This document shows, in pieces, positions 1-9,951 of a stretch of 64,000 nt of DNA. Source of the DNA: an uncultured Clostridium sp. (lineage in GTDB: Bacteria; Bacillota; Clostridia; Christensenellales; CAG-138); contig UQNF01000001.1 in assembly GCA_900542285.1 (NCBI GenBank), positions 8,663 to 72,662 of the forward strand, in the 5' to 3' direction. Below the pieces are notes generated by a model. It had not been told where the DNA came from and ran no database searches. It saw only the letters and a program-made list of their open reading frames with translations. The first letter of the stretch is position 1; each line of letters begins with the position of its first letter. The position numbers and the translations under genes were made by a program.

Positions 1-1395
1 TGAGGATGGGCTGTAAAAGCTAAGCACAGCGCCCGGCATATTGGAAACAGCGGTCAGGAACTTGTCGGAAACAAAGATCAGACTTCTGGGCATATATGCC
101 AATATCTCGGCTGCCGGTGTCCAAATGAAACCGATCGGTATTATAATGAGTATCATCAAAAGAATCAGCGAATATATTGGGATAGCTGCGAGATTTGCTG
201 CAAGCGCATATGTTGAGACCGTGCCAAAATAATGCATTTGCAGCGCCAGCGTCGCAAGCGTGGCGGCGATAGTCGTGCTCATTCCCAACTTTGCCGGTAT
301 TCTGCACCCGGTAATTACTCTGTTAAGACCGGGCCCTAACATCATAATGCCAAGGCATGCGGCAAACGAGAGCTGAAAGCTGATCGAATAAAGCTGATAG
401 GGATTGAAGAGCAGAATCAGTATCGCAGCAAGGGAAATTGCAGACAGTCCGTCCTCTCTGCGTTCAAAGCCGGTCGCAATCAGCATTGCGCTCGTCATTA
501 CAGCAGAACGCAGTATTCCTGCCGAGCCGACACAGAACAGGCAGTATGTCGCAATAACAGTGCATATAATCCCTATTCTCAGCCAGCGCCTGCGCTTTGG
601 CAGCAAGCCACTGATAAACGAGACGAGTACCGACATATGGAATCCTGAGATCGCCAGAATATGCGCAACGCCCGTTTTTCTGAAAAGCTGTGTCCTATCA
701 TCTCTGTCGGCCTCCTGAGAGCCCATCACAAGCTTTATCACTGTTTGAGCGTCGCTGTCAAATATGGTTTCGCACTTACTCTCCACTTCCGCGCGTATTT
801 TCGACAGGCTCTGCGTTATCGGCAGCGTATTTCGACCCGTTCTTACATAGTTATCGACGCTTCCTCGCAAGCCAATACCCTGAGACAGATAATACTTTCT
901 TTCATCAAATCTTCTGCCAAGGCCGGTTTGAGTCATTTGCGGCACGCTTATATCAGCATAGCCTCTTATGGAATCGCCAACTTCAAGAGGACTGTCGACC
1001 TTTACTGTGAGCTGAAGCTTTTTTGGATAGCTGCTTCCGTAAATCACTACATCCCTGAGCACAAGCTTAGTCCTCCCATAGGCATCTGCTTCACCAACAC
1101 TCTCCACCTTGCCCTCAAACCGATAATTGCCTCCATCGATTTCCGGGGGAGTGTTCACATTGGTTAGACACAAACCAATAAGCACTGCGATCAGGAACAA
1201 GGCCATTCTTTTCGAGCGGATATCGAACAGTTCAACTCCGACCGCCAGGGCGATAACTGCCATAAAACATAGTATGCCGTATGCGGAAAGGAGTCCGCAC
1301 ACGGCAATACCTAACATAAACCCAATCGCTATTTCAAATAAGGGCCTGTAGTTAATAAAACGCTTTGAACTTTTGTTGTCTCCATCCGCAGCCAT
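1..1395 (-). CDS. comEC: ComEC/Rec2 family competence membrane protein (N-terminal part; C-terminus runs off the window start)
   Basis: Absent from the ORF track because there is no stop in the window. My translation of the minus strand from the ATG at 1393-1395 is open to position 1 (465 codons): MAADGDNKSSKRFINYRPLFEIAIGFMLGIAV... It has many hydrophobic segments and the ComEC-type motif TGVAHILAISGFHMSVL. Confidence 0.8.
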   Translation of the reverse strand, partial: MAADGDNKSSKRFINYRPLFEIAIGFMLGIAVCGLLSAYGILCFMAVIALAVGVELFDIRSKRMALFLIAVLIGLCLTNVNTPPEIDGGNYRFEGKVESVGEADAYGRTKLVLRDVVIYGSSYPKKLQLTVKVDSPLEVGDSIRGYADISVPQMTQTGLGRRFDERKYYLSQGIGLRGSVDNYVRTGRNTLPITQSLSKIRAEVESKCETIFDSDAQTVIKLVMGSQEADRDDRTQLFRKTGVAHILAISGFHMSVLVSFISGLLPKRRRWLRIGIICTVIATYCLFCVGSAGILRSAVMTSAMLIATGFERREDGLSAISLAAILILLFNPYQLYSISFQLSFAACLGIMMLGPGLNRVITGCRIPAKLGMSTTIAATLATLALQMHYFGTVSTYALAANLAAIPIYSLILLMILIIIPIGFIWTPAAEILAYMPRSLIFVSDKFLTAVSNMPGAVLSFYSPSS

Positions 1396-1397
1396 TA

Positions 1398-1778
1398 TCA
1401 GGCATTGGTGACTGCCATAGCCTCGACCTCAACGAGCGCACCTGCCGGAAGCGCTGCGACCTCGACGCAGCTCCTTGCAGGGAAGGGCGCTGGAATCATC
1501 ATTCCGTATAGTTTGTTAACCTTAGCAAAATCCGCCATATCCTTGACGAAAACGGTGGTCTTGACGATGTTTTCCATGCCTGAGTTCGCCGCCTCGAGCA
1601 CTGCCTTGAGATTATTGAGTGCCTGAATCGTCTGGGCTTCTATCCCCTCCGCAAGCACACCGGTCTCAGGATTCAAGCCGATCTGACCTGATGTGAATAC
1701 CATCCTGCCGACCTTGACGCAATGGCTGTAAGGTCCGATCGCCGCAGGCGCATTCTGCGCATTTACTGTCTGTTTCAT
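1398..1778 (-). CDS. ridA: RidA/YjgF family reactive-intermediate deaminase
   Basis: Translation MKQTVNAQNAPAAIGPYSHCVKVGRMVFTSGQIGLNPETG...VEVEAMAV is typical RidA. I chose the internal ATG at 1778, which is preceded by GGAGGA, over the ORF-track start at 1820. Confidence 0.85.
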   Translation of the reverse strand: MKQTVNAQNAPAAIGPYSHCVKVGRMVFTSGQIGLNPETGVLAEGIEAQTIQALNNLKAVLEAANSGMENIVKTTVFVKDMADFAKVNKLYGMMIPAPFPARSCVEVAALPAGALVEVEAMAVTNA

Positions 1779-1830
1779 AAAATATCCTCCAAGGTAATTA
1801 TTCTGTATTAAACCAAGCATCGGCTTGGGT

Positions 1831-2334
1831 TCAATCGATTATTTCGTTCGTGCTGAACTTATCCAGCGTTGCGTCGATATTATCGTTCCAAAGTATCAGC
1901 GCATTTTCTCCGGTATCGCTATAATACCTGCGCCTGGTGCCAGCATAGCGGAAGCCAAGCGCATTATACACGCGCTGTGCCCTGTGATTGGTCTCCCTAA
2001 CCTCAAGGGTTATGCAAAGAGCGTTCCTTGACTTTGCTGTGCGCATGAGATGGAGTATCAGCCCGGTTGCAGCGCCGCGGCGGCGATAGTCTGCATCGAC
2101 CGCAATATTGGTCATATGCGCTTCATCGCATACTACCCACATGCCTGCATAGCCGATCACCCTCCCGTCAAACTCCGCTACGGCATAATAGGCTGCATCG
2201 TTTACCGTCAGCTCATTAATAAGCGATTCCACGCTCCATGGCTGTGAAAAGCAGCTGCATTCGATACCATAGACGGTTTCAATATCCGTAAGAACCATCT
2301 CACGAAAGGTTATCCCATTCGATTGAGCTTCCAT
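1831..2334 (-). CDS. rimI: GNAT family N-acetyltransferase, RimI-like
   Basis: 167 aa. The acetyl-CoA motif region is VDADYRRRGAATGLILHL, and length and layout are RimI-like. Confidence 0.65.
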   Translation of the reverse strand: MEAQSNGITFREMVLTDIETVYGIECSCFSQPWSVESLINELTVNDAAYYAVAEFDGRVIGYAGMWVVCDEAHMTNIAVDADYRRRGAATGLILHLMRTAKSRNALCITLEVRETNHRAQRVYNALGFRYAGTRRRYYSDTGENALILWNDNIDATLDKFSTNEIID

Positions 2335-2366
2335 AAAAATCCTTTCAAATGTTCATAACGCCTGCG

Positions 2367-3098
2367 TTAACCCATATCGGAAGCGCAGCACGCTGTTATT
2401 GCATATACCCTGACCGCACCTGCTTTTTTTAATGCGGACGCGCATTCAGAGAGCGTTGTTCCCGTGGTTCTGACATCGTCAACCAGCAGAAAGGCTTTAC
2501 CCATGCAATCCGGTGAGGCAGCAAAAGCATTTTTAAGATTTCTTTTGCGCTCGTCGGCATCAAGTGTGGCCTGCCTGGGAGTATTCCTTGTTCTTTGCAG
2601 GAATCCGTTTCCCAAGCTTAGATTATACCTTCTGCAAAGCTCCTTTGCAAGCACCTCGCTTTGATTATATCCCCTTTTTCGAATCCTTTTCGGATGCAGC
2701 GGCACCGGTATCACATAGTCAAACTGCCACTCTATGGGAATTTTCATGAAATGAACAAACAATTCCTTCTCATACAGCTTTCCTTCATACTTAAATCGCT
2801 TGATCGCATCAGCAGCAAAGCCATCGTACACGAGTCCGGAGGTTATTCCGTCAATATTTGGGATAGCCGCCTGTATCGACGGAAATCTCAGCGTCTCCTC
2901 GCAAGCCCTGCATATACCGTAATCATTTACTACGGCTTCACGATTGCAGCAATGACATACCAAGTGCTCAGGAAATAGGTAATCAAAGAAACGCTTAATA
3001 AGCGTTTGAAATCCGGCCTTTTCTTTTTCCGCAGCGAGCGGATAAAATGAACCGCTGCCCGAATCGGTCTGCTGATGAGAAGTTTCACCATTCATCAC
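2367..3098 (-). CDS. comFC: ComF family protein (ComFC-type phosphoribosyltransferase-fold)
   Basis: N-terminal CxxC...CxxC zinc-finger-like pattern (CHCCN...CRAC). C-terminal canonical PRPP loop FLLVDDVRTTGTTL. Overlaps the recD2 stop by 4 nt. Confidence 0.8.
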   Translation of the reverse strand: MMNGETSHQQTDSGSGSFYPLAAEKEKAGFQTLIKRFFDYLFPEHLVCHCCNREAVVNDYGICRACEETLRFPSIQAAIPNIDGITSGLVYDGFAADAIKRFKYEGKLYEKELFVHFMKIPIEWQFDYVIPVPLHPKRIRKRGYNQSEVLAKELCRRYNLSLGNGFLQRTRNTPRQATLDADERKRNLKNAFAASPDCMGKAFLLVDDVRTTGTTLSECASALKKAGAVRVYAITACCASDMG

Positions 3099-5296
3099 TC
3101 TATTCCTCCGCGAAGCTCTTTCAGGAAGAACTCAAGCGCAGAATATCTCTTTTTTACTCTCATATTCTGCACCATTCCCTCAATACATGAGGTTGAGCCG
3201 AGAATGAATACATTCGATCTGGCTCTGGTCACGGCTGTATAGAGGATATTCCTGTTCATAAGCATGATAGGTCCGTTCATAAGCGGAAGCACCACACAGG
3301 GGAATTCACTTCCCTGGCTCTTATGGATGGATATGCAATAGGCAAGCTCCAGCTCCTCCAGCTGAGTAAAGTTATAATCCGCAACACGCTCATCGTCAAA
3401 AATGACGGTCATGAACTTGGTTATGCTGTTTATTTTCAATATCGTGCCGATATCTCCGTTGAATATTCCCTCTCCATCCTCGTCCGGCTTTCCATAGATA
3501 CTTTTTGTCCACTCGATATCATAATTATTCTTTATCTGCATGACCCTGTCGCCTTCACGGAACAGCGTTTCTCCAAAGCGGAATTCCTCCTTGTCCTCTG
3601 ATGCAGGGTTCAATGCATTCTGCAGATGATAGTTTAGGTTATGGACTCCCAGCTTATCATTCTTCATCGGTGAAAGCACCTGAATGTCGCCTGCATGTCC
3701 TGCGGCCATATAATCATAGCAAAGATCCAGCACGGATCTGAGCGCAATATCGGTGTTTCCGCATTCATAAAACCGAAAGTCCGATTCTTCGGAATCGAGT
3801 ATCGGCATTTGACCGTGATTGATGCGGTGAGCGTTTGTTACTATCATGCTGCGTCCAGCCTGTCGGTATATCCTATCAAGCCTTATTACAGGCACAAAGT
3901 CCGAGGCAACTATGTCATGCAAAACATTTCCGGGTCCAACTGACGGAAGCTGGTCGATATCCCCAACCATGATAAGCCTCGTGCCGTCCTCAATTGCACT
4001 GAGAAGCGCATTGAACAACGGAATATCCACCATGGACATCTCATCGACAATGACTACATCAGTCTCAAGCTTGCTCTCGGCATTTCTTGCGAATTCATTG
4101 GTCGAGAAGCTGAATTCAAGAAGCCTGTGTAAGGTCCTTGCTTCGCAGCCCGTGGCATCTGTCATGCGTTTGGCTGCTCGTCCTGTCGGAGCTGCAAGCT
4201 CGATTTCCAAGCCCAGCTGTCCCATAAGCTCGATAATGAAGCTCAAAATGGTGGTCTTGCCCGTCCCCGGGCCGCCGGTGACTACCAAAATGCCATCGGT
4301 ACAGCTTCGCTTGACCGCTTCACGCTGAAGCGGCGCTAAGGTAAGCCCCTTCTTCTTTTCAAGGCTGTCGATAGCTCCGTCTATATCGAACAGCGGCAGC
4401 AGCTCCACGGAGTGGACAAGGGAATTGAGAAGCACTGCACATTCGGACTCCTGGTAATGCATATATGGCAAAAAGATGTATGTCGTTTCCCCCATAAGCA
4501 GCTCGCGAAGTCTTGAAGAAAGAATCATGCTCTCCAACACCGGCTCGATCACGCTTGGTTCAACATTCAATACCCTTTTTGCTGCAAAGTCGATAAGAAC
4601 ATTTCTGGGCAGGCAGGTATTTCCCTCCTGCCGCGCAAGCGATAGGGTGTATTTAATGCCGGCTTTAATTCGAAACTCGGACTCATACTCATAGCCTGCT
4701 TCCTGCGCGATGCTGTCAGCTGTCTTAAAACCGATATTCTCCACATCATCGATAAGCCTATACGGATTCTCACGCACCTTTTGCACGCAATCATCGCCAT
4801 AGAGCTTATACAGCTTCATGGCCATAGTGACAGAAAGCCCCAGCTCCTGCATACCGATAACAATATCCTGCAGGTTATACTTTTCCAGGTAGGATTCATG
4901 TATCTGCTGTGCCTTTTTTGGTCCGATACCGCTTATCTTAATCAGCTGCTCGGGATGATTCTTAATGATGTCAAAGGTGTCCTCTCCAAACCTGTCAACG
5001 ATAAGCCTTGCTGTCGACTCCCTGATTCCCTTGATGAAGCCGCTTGAAAGGTATGCGAGCAAAGCTTGTCTGCCCTTCGGAAGTATGCTGCGGTAGGAGT
5101 CCACTCTGAACTGTCTGCCATAGATTGGATGTTCCGTCCATGTGCCTTCAAGCTCTGCCTGTTCTCCTGAATTGATGTTGGGCATCACGCCGACAGCGGA
5201 AAAGCCATTCTTGTCCGTATCGGTACATAAAATCACCGTCCAGCCGTTGCTGTCGTTTCTAAAGCGTATTTCCTTGACTTCTGCGTTTATTTTCAT
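3095..5296 (-). CDS. recD2: ATP-dependent RecD-like DNA helicase (RecD2/SF1B)
   Basis: 733 aa. Walker A VVTGGPGTGKTT, Walker B VIVDEMSMVD, motifs GDIDQLPSVGPG and C-terminal YTAVTRAR. N-terminal HhH region GIGPKKAQ. Confidence 0.9.
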   Translation of the reverse strand: MKINAEVKEIRFRNDSNGWTVILCTDTDKNGFSAVGVMPNINSGEQAELEGTWTEHPIYGRQFRVDSYRSILPKGRQALLAYLSSGFIKGIRESTARLIVDRFGEDTFDIIKNHPEQLIKISGIGPKKAQQIHESYLEKYNLQDIVIGMQELGLSVTMAMKLYKLYGDDCVQKVRENPYRLIDDVENIGFKTADSIAQEAGYEYESEFRIKAGIKYTLSLARQEGNTCLPRNVLIDFAAKRVLNVEPSVIEPVLESMILSSRLRELLMGETTYIFLPYMHYQESECAVLLNSLVHSVELLPLFDIDGAIDSLEKKKGLTLAPLQREAVKRSCTDGILVVTGGPGTGKTTILSFIIELMGQLGLEIELAAPTGRAAKRMTDATGCEARTLHRLLEFSFSTNEFARNAESKLETDVVIVDEMSMVDIPLFNALLSAIEDGTRLIMVGDIDQLPSVGPGNVLHDIVASDFVPVIRLDRIYRQAGRSMIVTNAHRINHGQMPILDSEESDFRFYECGNTDIALRSVLDLCYDYMAAGHAGDIQVLSPMKNDKLGVHNLNYHLQNALNPASEDKEEFRFGETLFREGDRVMQIKNNYDIEWTKSIYGKPDEDGEGIFNGDIGTILKINSITKFMTVIFDDERVADYNFTQLEELELAYCISIHKSQGSEFPCVVLPLMNGPIMLMNRNILYTAVTRARSNVFILGSTSCIEGMVQNMRVKKRYSALEFFLKELRGGIE

Positions 5297-5334
5297 CTCT
5301 GCCTCATCATCGGTTAGGCCTGATAGTGCCGGAA

Positions 5335-6198
5335 CTATTCGACAATTACCACGCCGTTCGGTACCGTATGCACTATTTGCCTGAATGTGCAGTCGGGAAA
5401 ACGTTCAAATGCTTCAATGGCCACGGCCTCCGACTCAAAAACGCCATAAACGACGGAGCCGCTCCCCGTCATCATCGCATCCGCTGCGCCGTATTCAAGC
5501 AGGCGTTTACGGTACTGCTCGATCTCCGGAGCCTCAAGCACGGCAGGGATAAGCAGATCGTTATAAAGCCTTCCCTCGCCTAACGCACTTTTCCGCAAAC
5601 GTTTCTCCTCCGTAATGGGTTCAAATCCGGCAGTATCTATGGCGTTAAAAAGCGCACCTGTCGATATCCCCTTTGCGCCCTTTACAAGCAGTAAAATCAG
5701 CTTTTTCGGTTCAAGTTCGGTGAGCACTTCCCCTATTCCCTCGGCAAGCGCGCATCCGCCCAGAAGACAGAACGGCACATCTGCCCCGACAGCTTTTCCT
5801 ATCTCAAACAATCTCCCTTGAGCTATGCTGCCAAACAGCGCTTGCATTCCGACAAGTACTCCTGCAGCGTCCGCGCTGGCGCCTCCAAGCCCTGCTTCCG
5901 ACGGGATCCGCTTCTCAATATATATGTCCGCCCCTTGGCAGCCCGCAAGATCGCAAAACAACCGCGCAGCTTTATATGCAGTATTATTCGCAGGAAGCGG
6001 TTCACTGCAAGAAACGTTGATTTCTCCGGTATCGTTCTTTGAAATGAAAATCTCATCATACAAATCTATTGCATGCATGACCGTTCTAAGCTCATGATAT
6101 CCATTGGGAAGTCTGCCAAGAACTTCCAGAGTCAAATTCACCTTTGCAGGCGCCAGGATCCGAATTCTGTTTTCATTATTTACCGCTTTCATAACCAT
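5335..6198 (-). CDS. ispE: 4-diphosphocytidyl-2-C-methyl-D-erythritol kinase
   Basis: GHMP kinase motifs: APAKVNLTLEVLGRLPNGYHEL and PSEAGLGGASADAA. The ORF-track start at 6438 would overlap spoIIR and add 80 non-homologous residues, so I chose the internal ATG at 6198 (6192 is also possible). Confidence 0.85.
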   Translation of the reverse strand: MVMKAVNNENRIRILAPAKVNLTLEVLGRLPNGYHELRTVMHAIDLYDEIFISKNDTGEINVSCSEPLPANNTAYKAARLFCDLAGCQGADIYIEKRIPSEAGLGGASADAAGVLVGMQALFGSIAQGRLFEIGKAVGADVPFCLLGGCALAEGIGEVLTELEPKKLILLLVKGAKGISTGALFNAIDTAGFEPITEEKRLRKSALGEGRLYNDLLIPAVLEAPEIEQYRKRLLEYGAADAMMTGSGSVVYGVFESEAVAIEAFERFPDCTFRQIVHTVPNGVVIVE

Positions 6199-6277
6199 AT
6201 TATGAATATAAACTGCTGCATTTGTCAAGAATATTTTTGGTCGATACAACCAAATCTTTACATTTTCGGAGGATTCA

Positions 6278-6892
6278 ATGAAAGGCAGAAAAAGAAAACT
6301 CCTGTTCACGACGACTGCAGCAGCCATTGTACTGCTGGGCTCGATCGCGCTGATGGCGGTCATGCCGCTGATAAAGCTTAATGGCGTCTCAAAAACCGCT
6401 GACCCCGACGAGGTCCTGCGGCTCCATATAATCGCCAACAGCGATTCAGAGGAGGATCAGCAAATCAAGCTGCTGGTTCGTGATGCAGTGCTCGAATACG
6501 AACGCACGACAAGCACTGTGCTTGCTGTAACCGATGTTAATGACGCTGAGATTCAATTAAAAGCGAACGGACAAGACCTACTGAATACTGTTCGAACAGT
6601 GTTGTACGAAAACGAAGCTCCCTATGACGCTCAGCTTGTGATAGGAGACTTTGATTTCCCCGACCGCGTATATGGCGACAAGGTCTATCCAGCCGGAGTC
6701 TATCGCGCAGTTAGGATACTCCTAGGAGATGCCGAAGGAAAAAACTGGTGGTGCGTTATGTTCCCTCCATTATGCATAGTAGATGCCAAAGATGCAGAAA
6801 TTGAAAGCAGTGAACCGATTCGATTTGAAAGCCTCGTTGTAAGAGCTTTCAACTTTATCAAACTGCACATTTTCGGTTCGCAGGAGAAATAG
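6278..6892 (+). CDS. spoIIR: stage II sporulation protein R
   Basis: N-terminal TM segment. SpoIIR signature LRLHIIANSDSEEDQ...KNWWCVMFPPLC. GGAGGA RBS. Confidence 0.8.
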   Translation: MKGRKRKLLFTTTAAAIVLLGSIALMAVMPLIKLNGVSKTADPDEVLRLHIIANSDSEEDQQIKLLVRDAVLEYERTTSTVLAVTDVNDAEIQLKANGQDLLNTVRTVLYENEAPYDAQLVIGDFDFPDRVYGDKVYPAGVYRAVRILLGDAEGKNWWCVMFPPLCIVDAKDAEIESSEPIRFESLVVRAFNFIKLHIFGSQEK

Positions 6893-7567
6893 ATGAAAAG
6901 AATAAGAAGTATTACTGCTATTAGCCTGACGATAGTGCTGCTGGTCACGGCGCTATGTCCTGCGCTGGTGCTTGCAGAAAATCTCCGCTACGGCAGCAGA
7001 GGTGAAAAAGTCAAGGAATTGCAGCAAAAGCTCAAGCGCTGGGGATACTACTCCGGCAGCGTTGACGGTATCTTCGGTTCCGGCACGCAGTCGGCGGTAA
7101 AGCGTTTTCAAAAGAAGAATGGTTTGACCGCAGACGGTATTGTGGGCCCAAAGACTGCGGCTGCGCTCGGTATGACGCTTACATCATCCTCATCATCCGG
7201 CGGCAGCTCCGCCTCATCGGACAGCAACCTGTACCTTTTGGCCAGGCTAGTCCACGGCGAAGCGAGGGGCGAACCCTATAAGGGCAAGGTCGCAGTAGCG
7301 GCCGTTGTTTTGAACAGGGTCAAGAGCTCTTCCTTCCCAAACTCCATCTCCGGAGTCATATATCAGAGCGGCGCATTCGATGCCGTCAGTGACGGACAGA
7401 TTAACCTTACGCCCGATCAGGATTCCATCAACGCCGCAAGAGCAGCGATGAACGGTTGGGATCCAACCAACGGATGCCTTTATTACTATAATCCGCGAAC
7501 CGCAACGAGCAGATGGATGCTGTCCCGGCCGGTTCTGCTTCAGATAGGACAGCATGCCTTTTGCTGA
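6893..7567 (+). CDS. sleB: spore cortex-lytic enzyme SleB-like (PG-binding domain plus cell wall hydrolase domain)
   Basis: Signal peptide. PG_binding_1-like segment LQQKLKRWGYYSGSVDGIFGSGTQSAVKRFQKKNGLTADGIVG. Hydrolase_2-like segment LLARLVHGEARGEPYKGKVAVAAVVLNRV. Confidence 0.85.
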   Translation: MKRIRSITAISLTIVLLVTALCPALVLAENLRYGSRGEKVKELQQKLKRWGYYSGSVDGIFGSGTQSAVKRFQKKNGLTADGIVGPKTAAALGMTLTSSSSSGGSSASSDSNLYLLARLVHGEARGEPYKGKVAVAAVVLNRVKSSSFPNSISGVIYQSGAFDAVSDGQINLTPDQDSINAARAAMNGWDPTNGCLYYYNPRTATSRWMLSRPVLLQIGQHAFC

Positions 7568-7579
7568 TAGGAGCCTGAT

Positions 7580-8983
7580 ATGGAAAGCAACAAGAGAAAA
7601 CGCATATCCGACGAAGCATTCAAGTCAAAGTTCACAAAGATTCTGTTTTGTTTTGTGATTCCCCCGGTGCTTGTTGCAGCCATCGTCATCACAGCCATAT
7701 GGGGCGGAAATCAGCGTGCCAATGCCGAGAGCTATCGTTCTGCCGCGCAGAGTGTGTATGAGCAGGCCTATAACGACTTGGTCACAACCATCTACGATAT
7801 TAATGTTGACATTGCGAAGCTGACCGCCATGCAGTCGCCTGCCTCCGTCGCATATACGCTTGATGACATTTGGCGCGCAAGCGGTGTCTGCATAGGACTT
7901 ATGGGGCAGATCCCACAAAGTCATGTCGACAGCCTCGGCATGAACCAATTCATAATCAGGCTGGGCGACTATGCTCGCACGCTGTCGCTTTCCTCGATGA
8001 AGGGCCGATCTCTCAGCGATGAAGACAGGAATCAGCTTGAGCAGCTTCGTATTGCCGGTGAAAACCTATATCATGAGCTTCAGTATGTTCTTTCCCAAGG
8101 TATCTTCCCCAATGAAGCGATGCAAGGCGAGGCCTTCTATTCCTCCGGCGCCACCGTCGATGCAGACGGTAACGAGATAGACGAGTTTACCTCATCAGCC
8201 GAAGATAAGTATCCTACGCTTATATACGATGGGCCATTCTCCGAAAGCACGGAAAAGATGGAACCGCGCGGACTTAGCGGAGATAACCTCGATGAGCATA
8301 CTGCGTTAATGAAGGCGTATGAATATGTCGGAGGTGAAAATGTCGAGCTGAGGCTGGACAGCATGTCCGATGGCAGAATACCCAGTTACGACTTCTCCGG
8401 AAGGCTTGGGGATGGGAGAAGTGTCGATATCTCCGTAAGCGTACAGGGCGGTTCGCTTGTATGGTTCAGAACGGATGTTACCGACAATATTGAGGGGCTT
8501 CCGTCAAGCGAGGAGGAAGCGCAGATAATCGAAACATGCAAAAGCTGGCTGCACGCACACGGCTACGACTCCATGGAGCCGACATATGCGCAGTATTATT
8601 CGGGGACCGCACTCATCAATTTCGCCTACAAGGCCGAAGATGTAATAATCTATAACGACCTGATCAAGATCTATGTTGACAGAAAGACGATGAGCGTTTG
8701 CGGTTTTGATGCAAGGAACTATCTGTTCAGTCATACCAATCGAAGTATCCCGACCGAAACGCTTTCGGAAGAAGAAGTGCGTTCAAGGCTTCCCGAGAGC
8801 TTTCAGCTCCAGGAAACGAACCTTGCGCTCATCCCTGCAACTCCGCAAACCGAAGTGCTCTGTTATGAATTCAAAGGCAACATTGGCGAAAACAGCTTTG
8901 CGATCTATCTGGATGCGCAGACCGGCGATGAGGTCAAGGTTTTTATGATAATATCTGACGATCACGGACAGCTCGCCATTTAG
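7580..8983 (+). CDS. ypeB: germination protein YpeB
   Basis: 467 aa with an N-terminal TM segment. It sits immediately downstream of sleB, which is the conserved sleB-ypeB pairing. The C-terminal PepSY-like repeats are inferred from length and layout. Confidence 0.75.
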   Translation: MESNKRKRISDEAFKSKFTKILFCFVIPPVLVAAIVITAIWGGNQRANAESYRSAAQSVYEQAYNDLVTTIYDINVDIAKLTAMQSPASVAYTLDDIWRASGVCIGLMGQIPQSHVDSLGMNQFIIRLGDYARTLSLSSMKGRSLSDEDRNQLEQLRIAGENLYHELQYVLSQGIFPNEAMQGEAFYSSGATVDADGNEIDEFTSSAEDKYPTLIYDGPFSESTEKMEPRGLSGDNLDEHTALMKAYEYVGGENVELRLDSMSDGRIPSYDFSGRLGDGRSVDISVSVQGGSLVWFRTDVTDNIEGLPSSEEEAQIIETCKSWLHAHGYDSMEPTYAQYYSGTALINFAYKAEDVIIYNDLIKIYVDRKTMSVCGFDARNYLFSHTNRSIPTETLSEEEVRSRLPESFQLQETNLALIPATPQTEVLCYEFKGNIGENSFAIYLDAQTGDEVKVFMIISDDHGQLAI

Positions 8984-9023
8984 CCGCTTAACACGCAGCC
9001 ATTTCAGCTGAAAATAAAAACAA

Positions 9024-9060
9024 AATAACGAACATGCCCTTGATGAGTGTGTTCGTTATT
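9024..9060 (-). terminator. hairpin terminator between ypeB and the XRE gene
   Basis: 11-bp perfect stem AATAACGAACA/TGTTCGTTATT with a 15-nt loop. On the minus strand a U-rich run follows (complement of aaaataaaaacaaaat), so it fits termination of the XRE gene best. Confidence 0.55.
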
Positions 9061-9127
9061 ATGCTCCGTATTTTGACCACATCAATACAACGCATGATAA
9101 GCGCCAATGCGAACTATTGCGCAATAT

Positions 9128-9325
9128 CTATCCTTCGTTTATAAGCCCCATTATATCCTTTGGCTCAACACCGAGAATTGAAGCAAATCGGGTCGCAACC
9201 TTTTCTGAAAGAGCACGGTTGTTTGATGTATACTTGTAGACGCTGCTGCAGCTTACGCCTGCAAGCTCGGCAAGCTTTTTCCCGGTAATCCCTTTGCTCA
9301 TCAAAACCAATCTCAGTTTTGTCAT
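9128..9325 (-). CDS. XRE/Cro-type helix-turn-helix transcriptional regulator (65 aa)
   Basis: MTKLRLVLMSKGITGKKLAELAGVSCSSVYKYTSNNRALS is a classic HTH_3 pattern. Strong RBS AAGGAGGAG. Confidence 0.75.
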   Translation of the reverse strand: MTKLRLVLMSKGITGKKLAELAGVSCSSVYKYTSNNRALSEKVATRFASILGVEPKDIMGLINEG

Positions 9326-9650
9326 GATTTTCTCCTCCTTAAATCATTTGACGTAACCTCTGGTTTTTTTACTTTCTATACGCAAAACGGCAATAGGCAA
9401 AGCTAACGAGCAAGCAATCCCTCCTGCCCGCAAACTCTTGCCAACCGAATTCCCAATACCTTTGTGCATAGAGTAAAAACAACTGAAGATATGCGGATAT
9501 GATAATTATAACATGTCATCCCATATTTGTACACCAATACAACCAACAAATTTCCGCAAAATAATAAATATATTTTGCAAATTCAAGGTTTCCTCATTTG
9601 AAATGTGAAAAACTCTATTACGTTGCCATGCGTTTATCCACAATCGGATA

Positions 9651-9905
9651 TTGAATATCACAACGGGCAGTCATGCTTATCTTTGTATAATATGTATGTA
9701 TGCGCTTTCTCGCGGAAATCGGGTATCAAGCAGCATGTTCGCAAATAGAAATCGACTGCAGCAGCAACGAGAACACCATATAAATAATACAGTGGCCGGC
9801 AGAGCAGACCATGCGCGAATCAGCACCACGACGGAAATCTACAGTCGCTTCCTAAAAAGCTCCGATAAAACCGCCGCAGAAAAGCCGGATCAATTATTCG
9901 AATAA
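9651..9905 (+). pseudogene. tyrosine recombinase (phage integrase family) C-terminal remnant
   Basis: The ORF ends ...FANRNRLQQQREHHINNTVAGRADHARISTTTEIYSRFL. This resembles the C-terminal catalytic patch of the integrase family (H..ISTT..IY, with the Tyr nucleophile). No N-terminal or core-binding or R-K-H region is present, so it is truncated and decayed. Confidence 0.4.
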
Positions 9906-9916
9906 CACAACACAAA

Positions 9917-9951
9917 GGGCGATGGCCATAGCGGCCATCGCCCGATTTTTT
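9917..9951. terminator. bidirectional rho-independent terminator
   Basis: GGGCGATGGCC-ATAGC-GGCCATCGCCC (11-bp GC-rich stem) followed by a T run. It lies between the convergent integrase relic and the HEPN-like ORF. Confidence 0.8.

Noticed and set aside
6205-6260. Forespore sigma-F-type promoter upstream of spoIIR (GCATT at 6218-6222, 15 nt, then GGTCGATACA).
   Set aside because: It only partly matches the -10 consensus as I remember it (GGnnAnAhTr). That is not enough to annotate without experimental or comparative support.
5335-6438. ORF-track N-terminal extensions: ispE to 6438, the ruvB-overlapping start at 29502, ABC2 at 15237, DUF1385 at 35508, cysS at 36913, mraZ at 56616, ftsL at 58145 and pyrH at 48903.
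   Set aside because: The extensions overlap neighbouring genes or regulatory hairpins and lack homology. In most of these cases an internal start carries a good Shine-Dalgarno sequence and gives family-typical N-termini.
8984-9127. Search for a direct repeat of the tRNA-Arg 3' end (attR-like) at the distal edge of the islet.
   Set aside because: There is only a weak resemblance (gcgccaatgcgaac versus gcgcgattcgaac). No convincing repeat was found, so the islet boundaries remain undefined.
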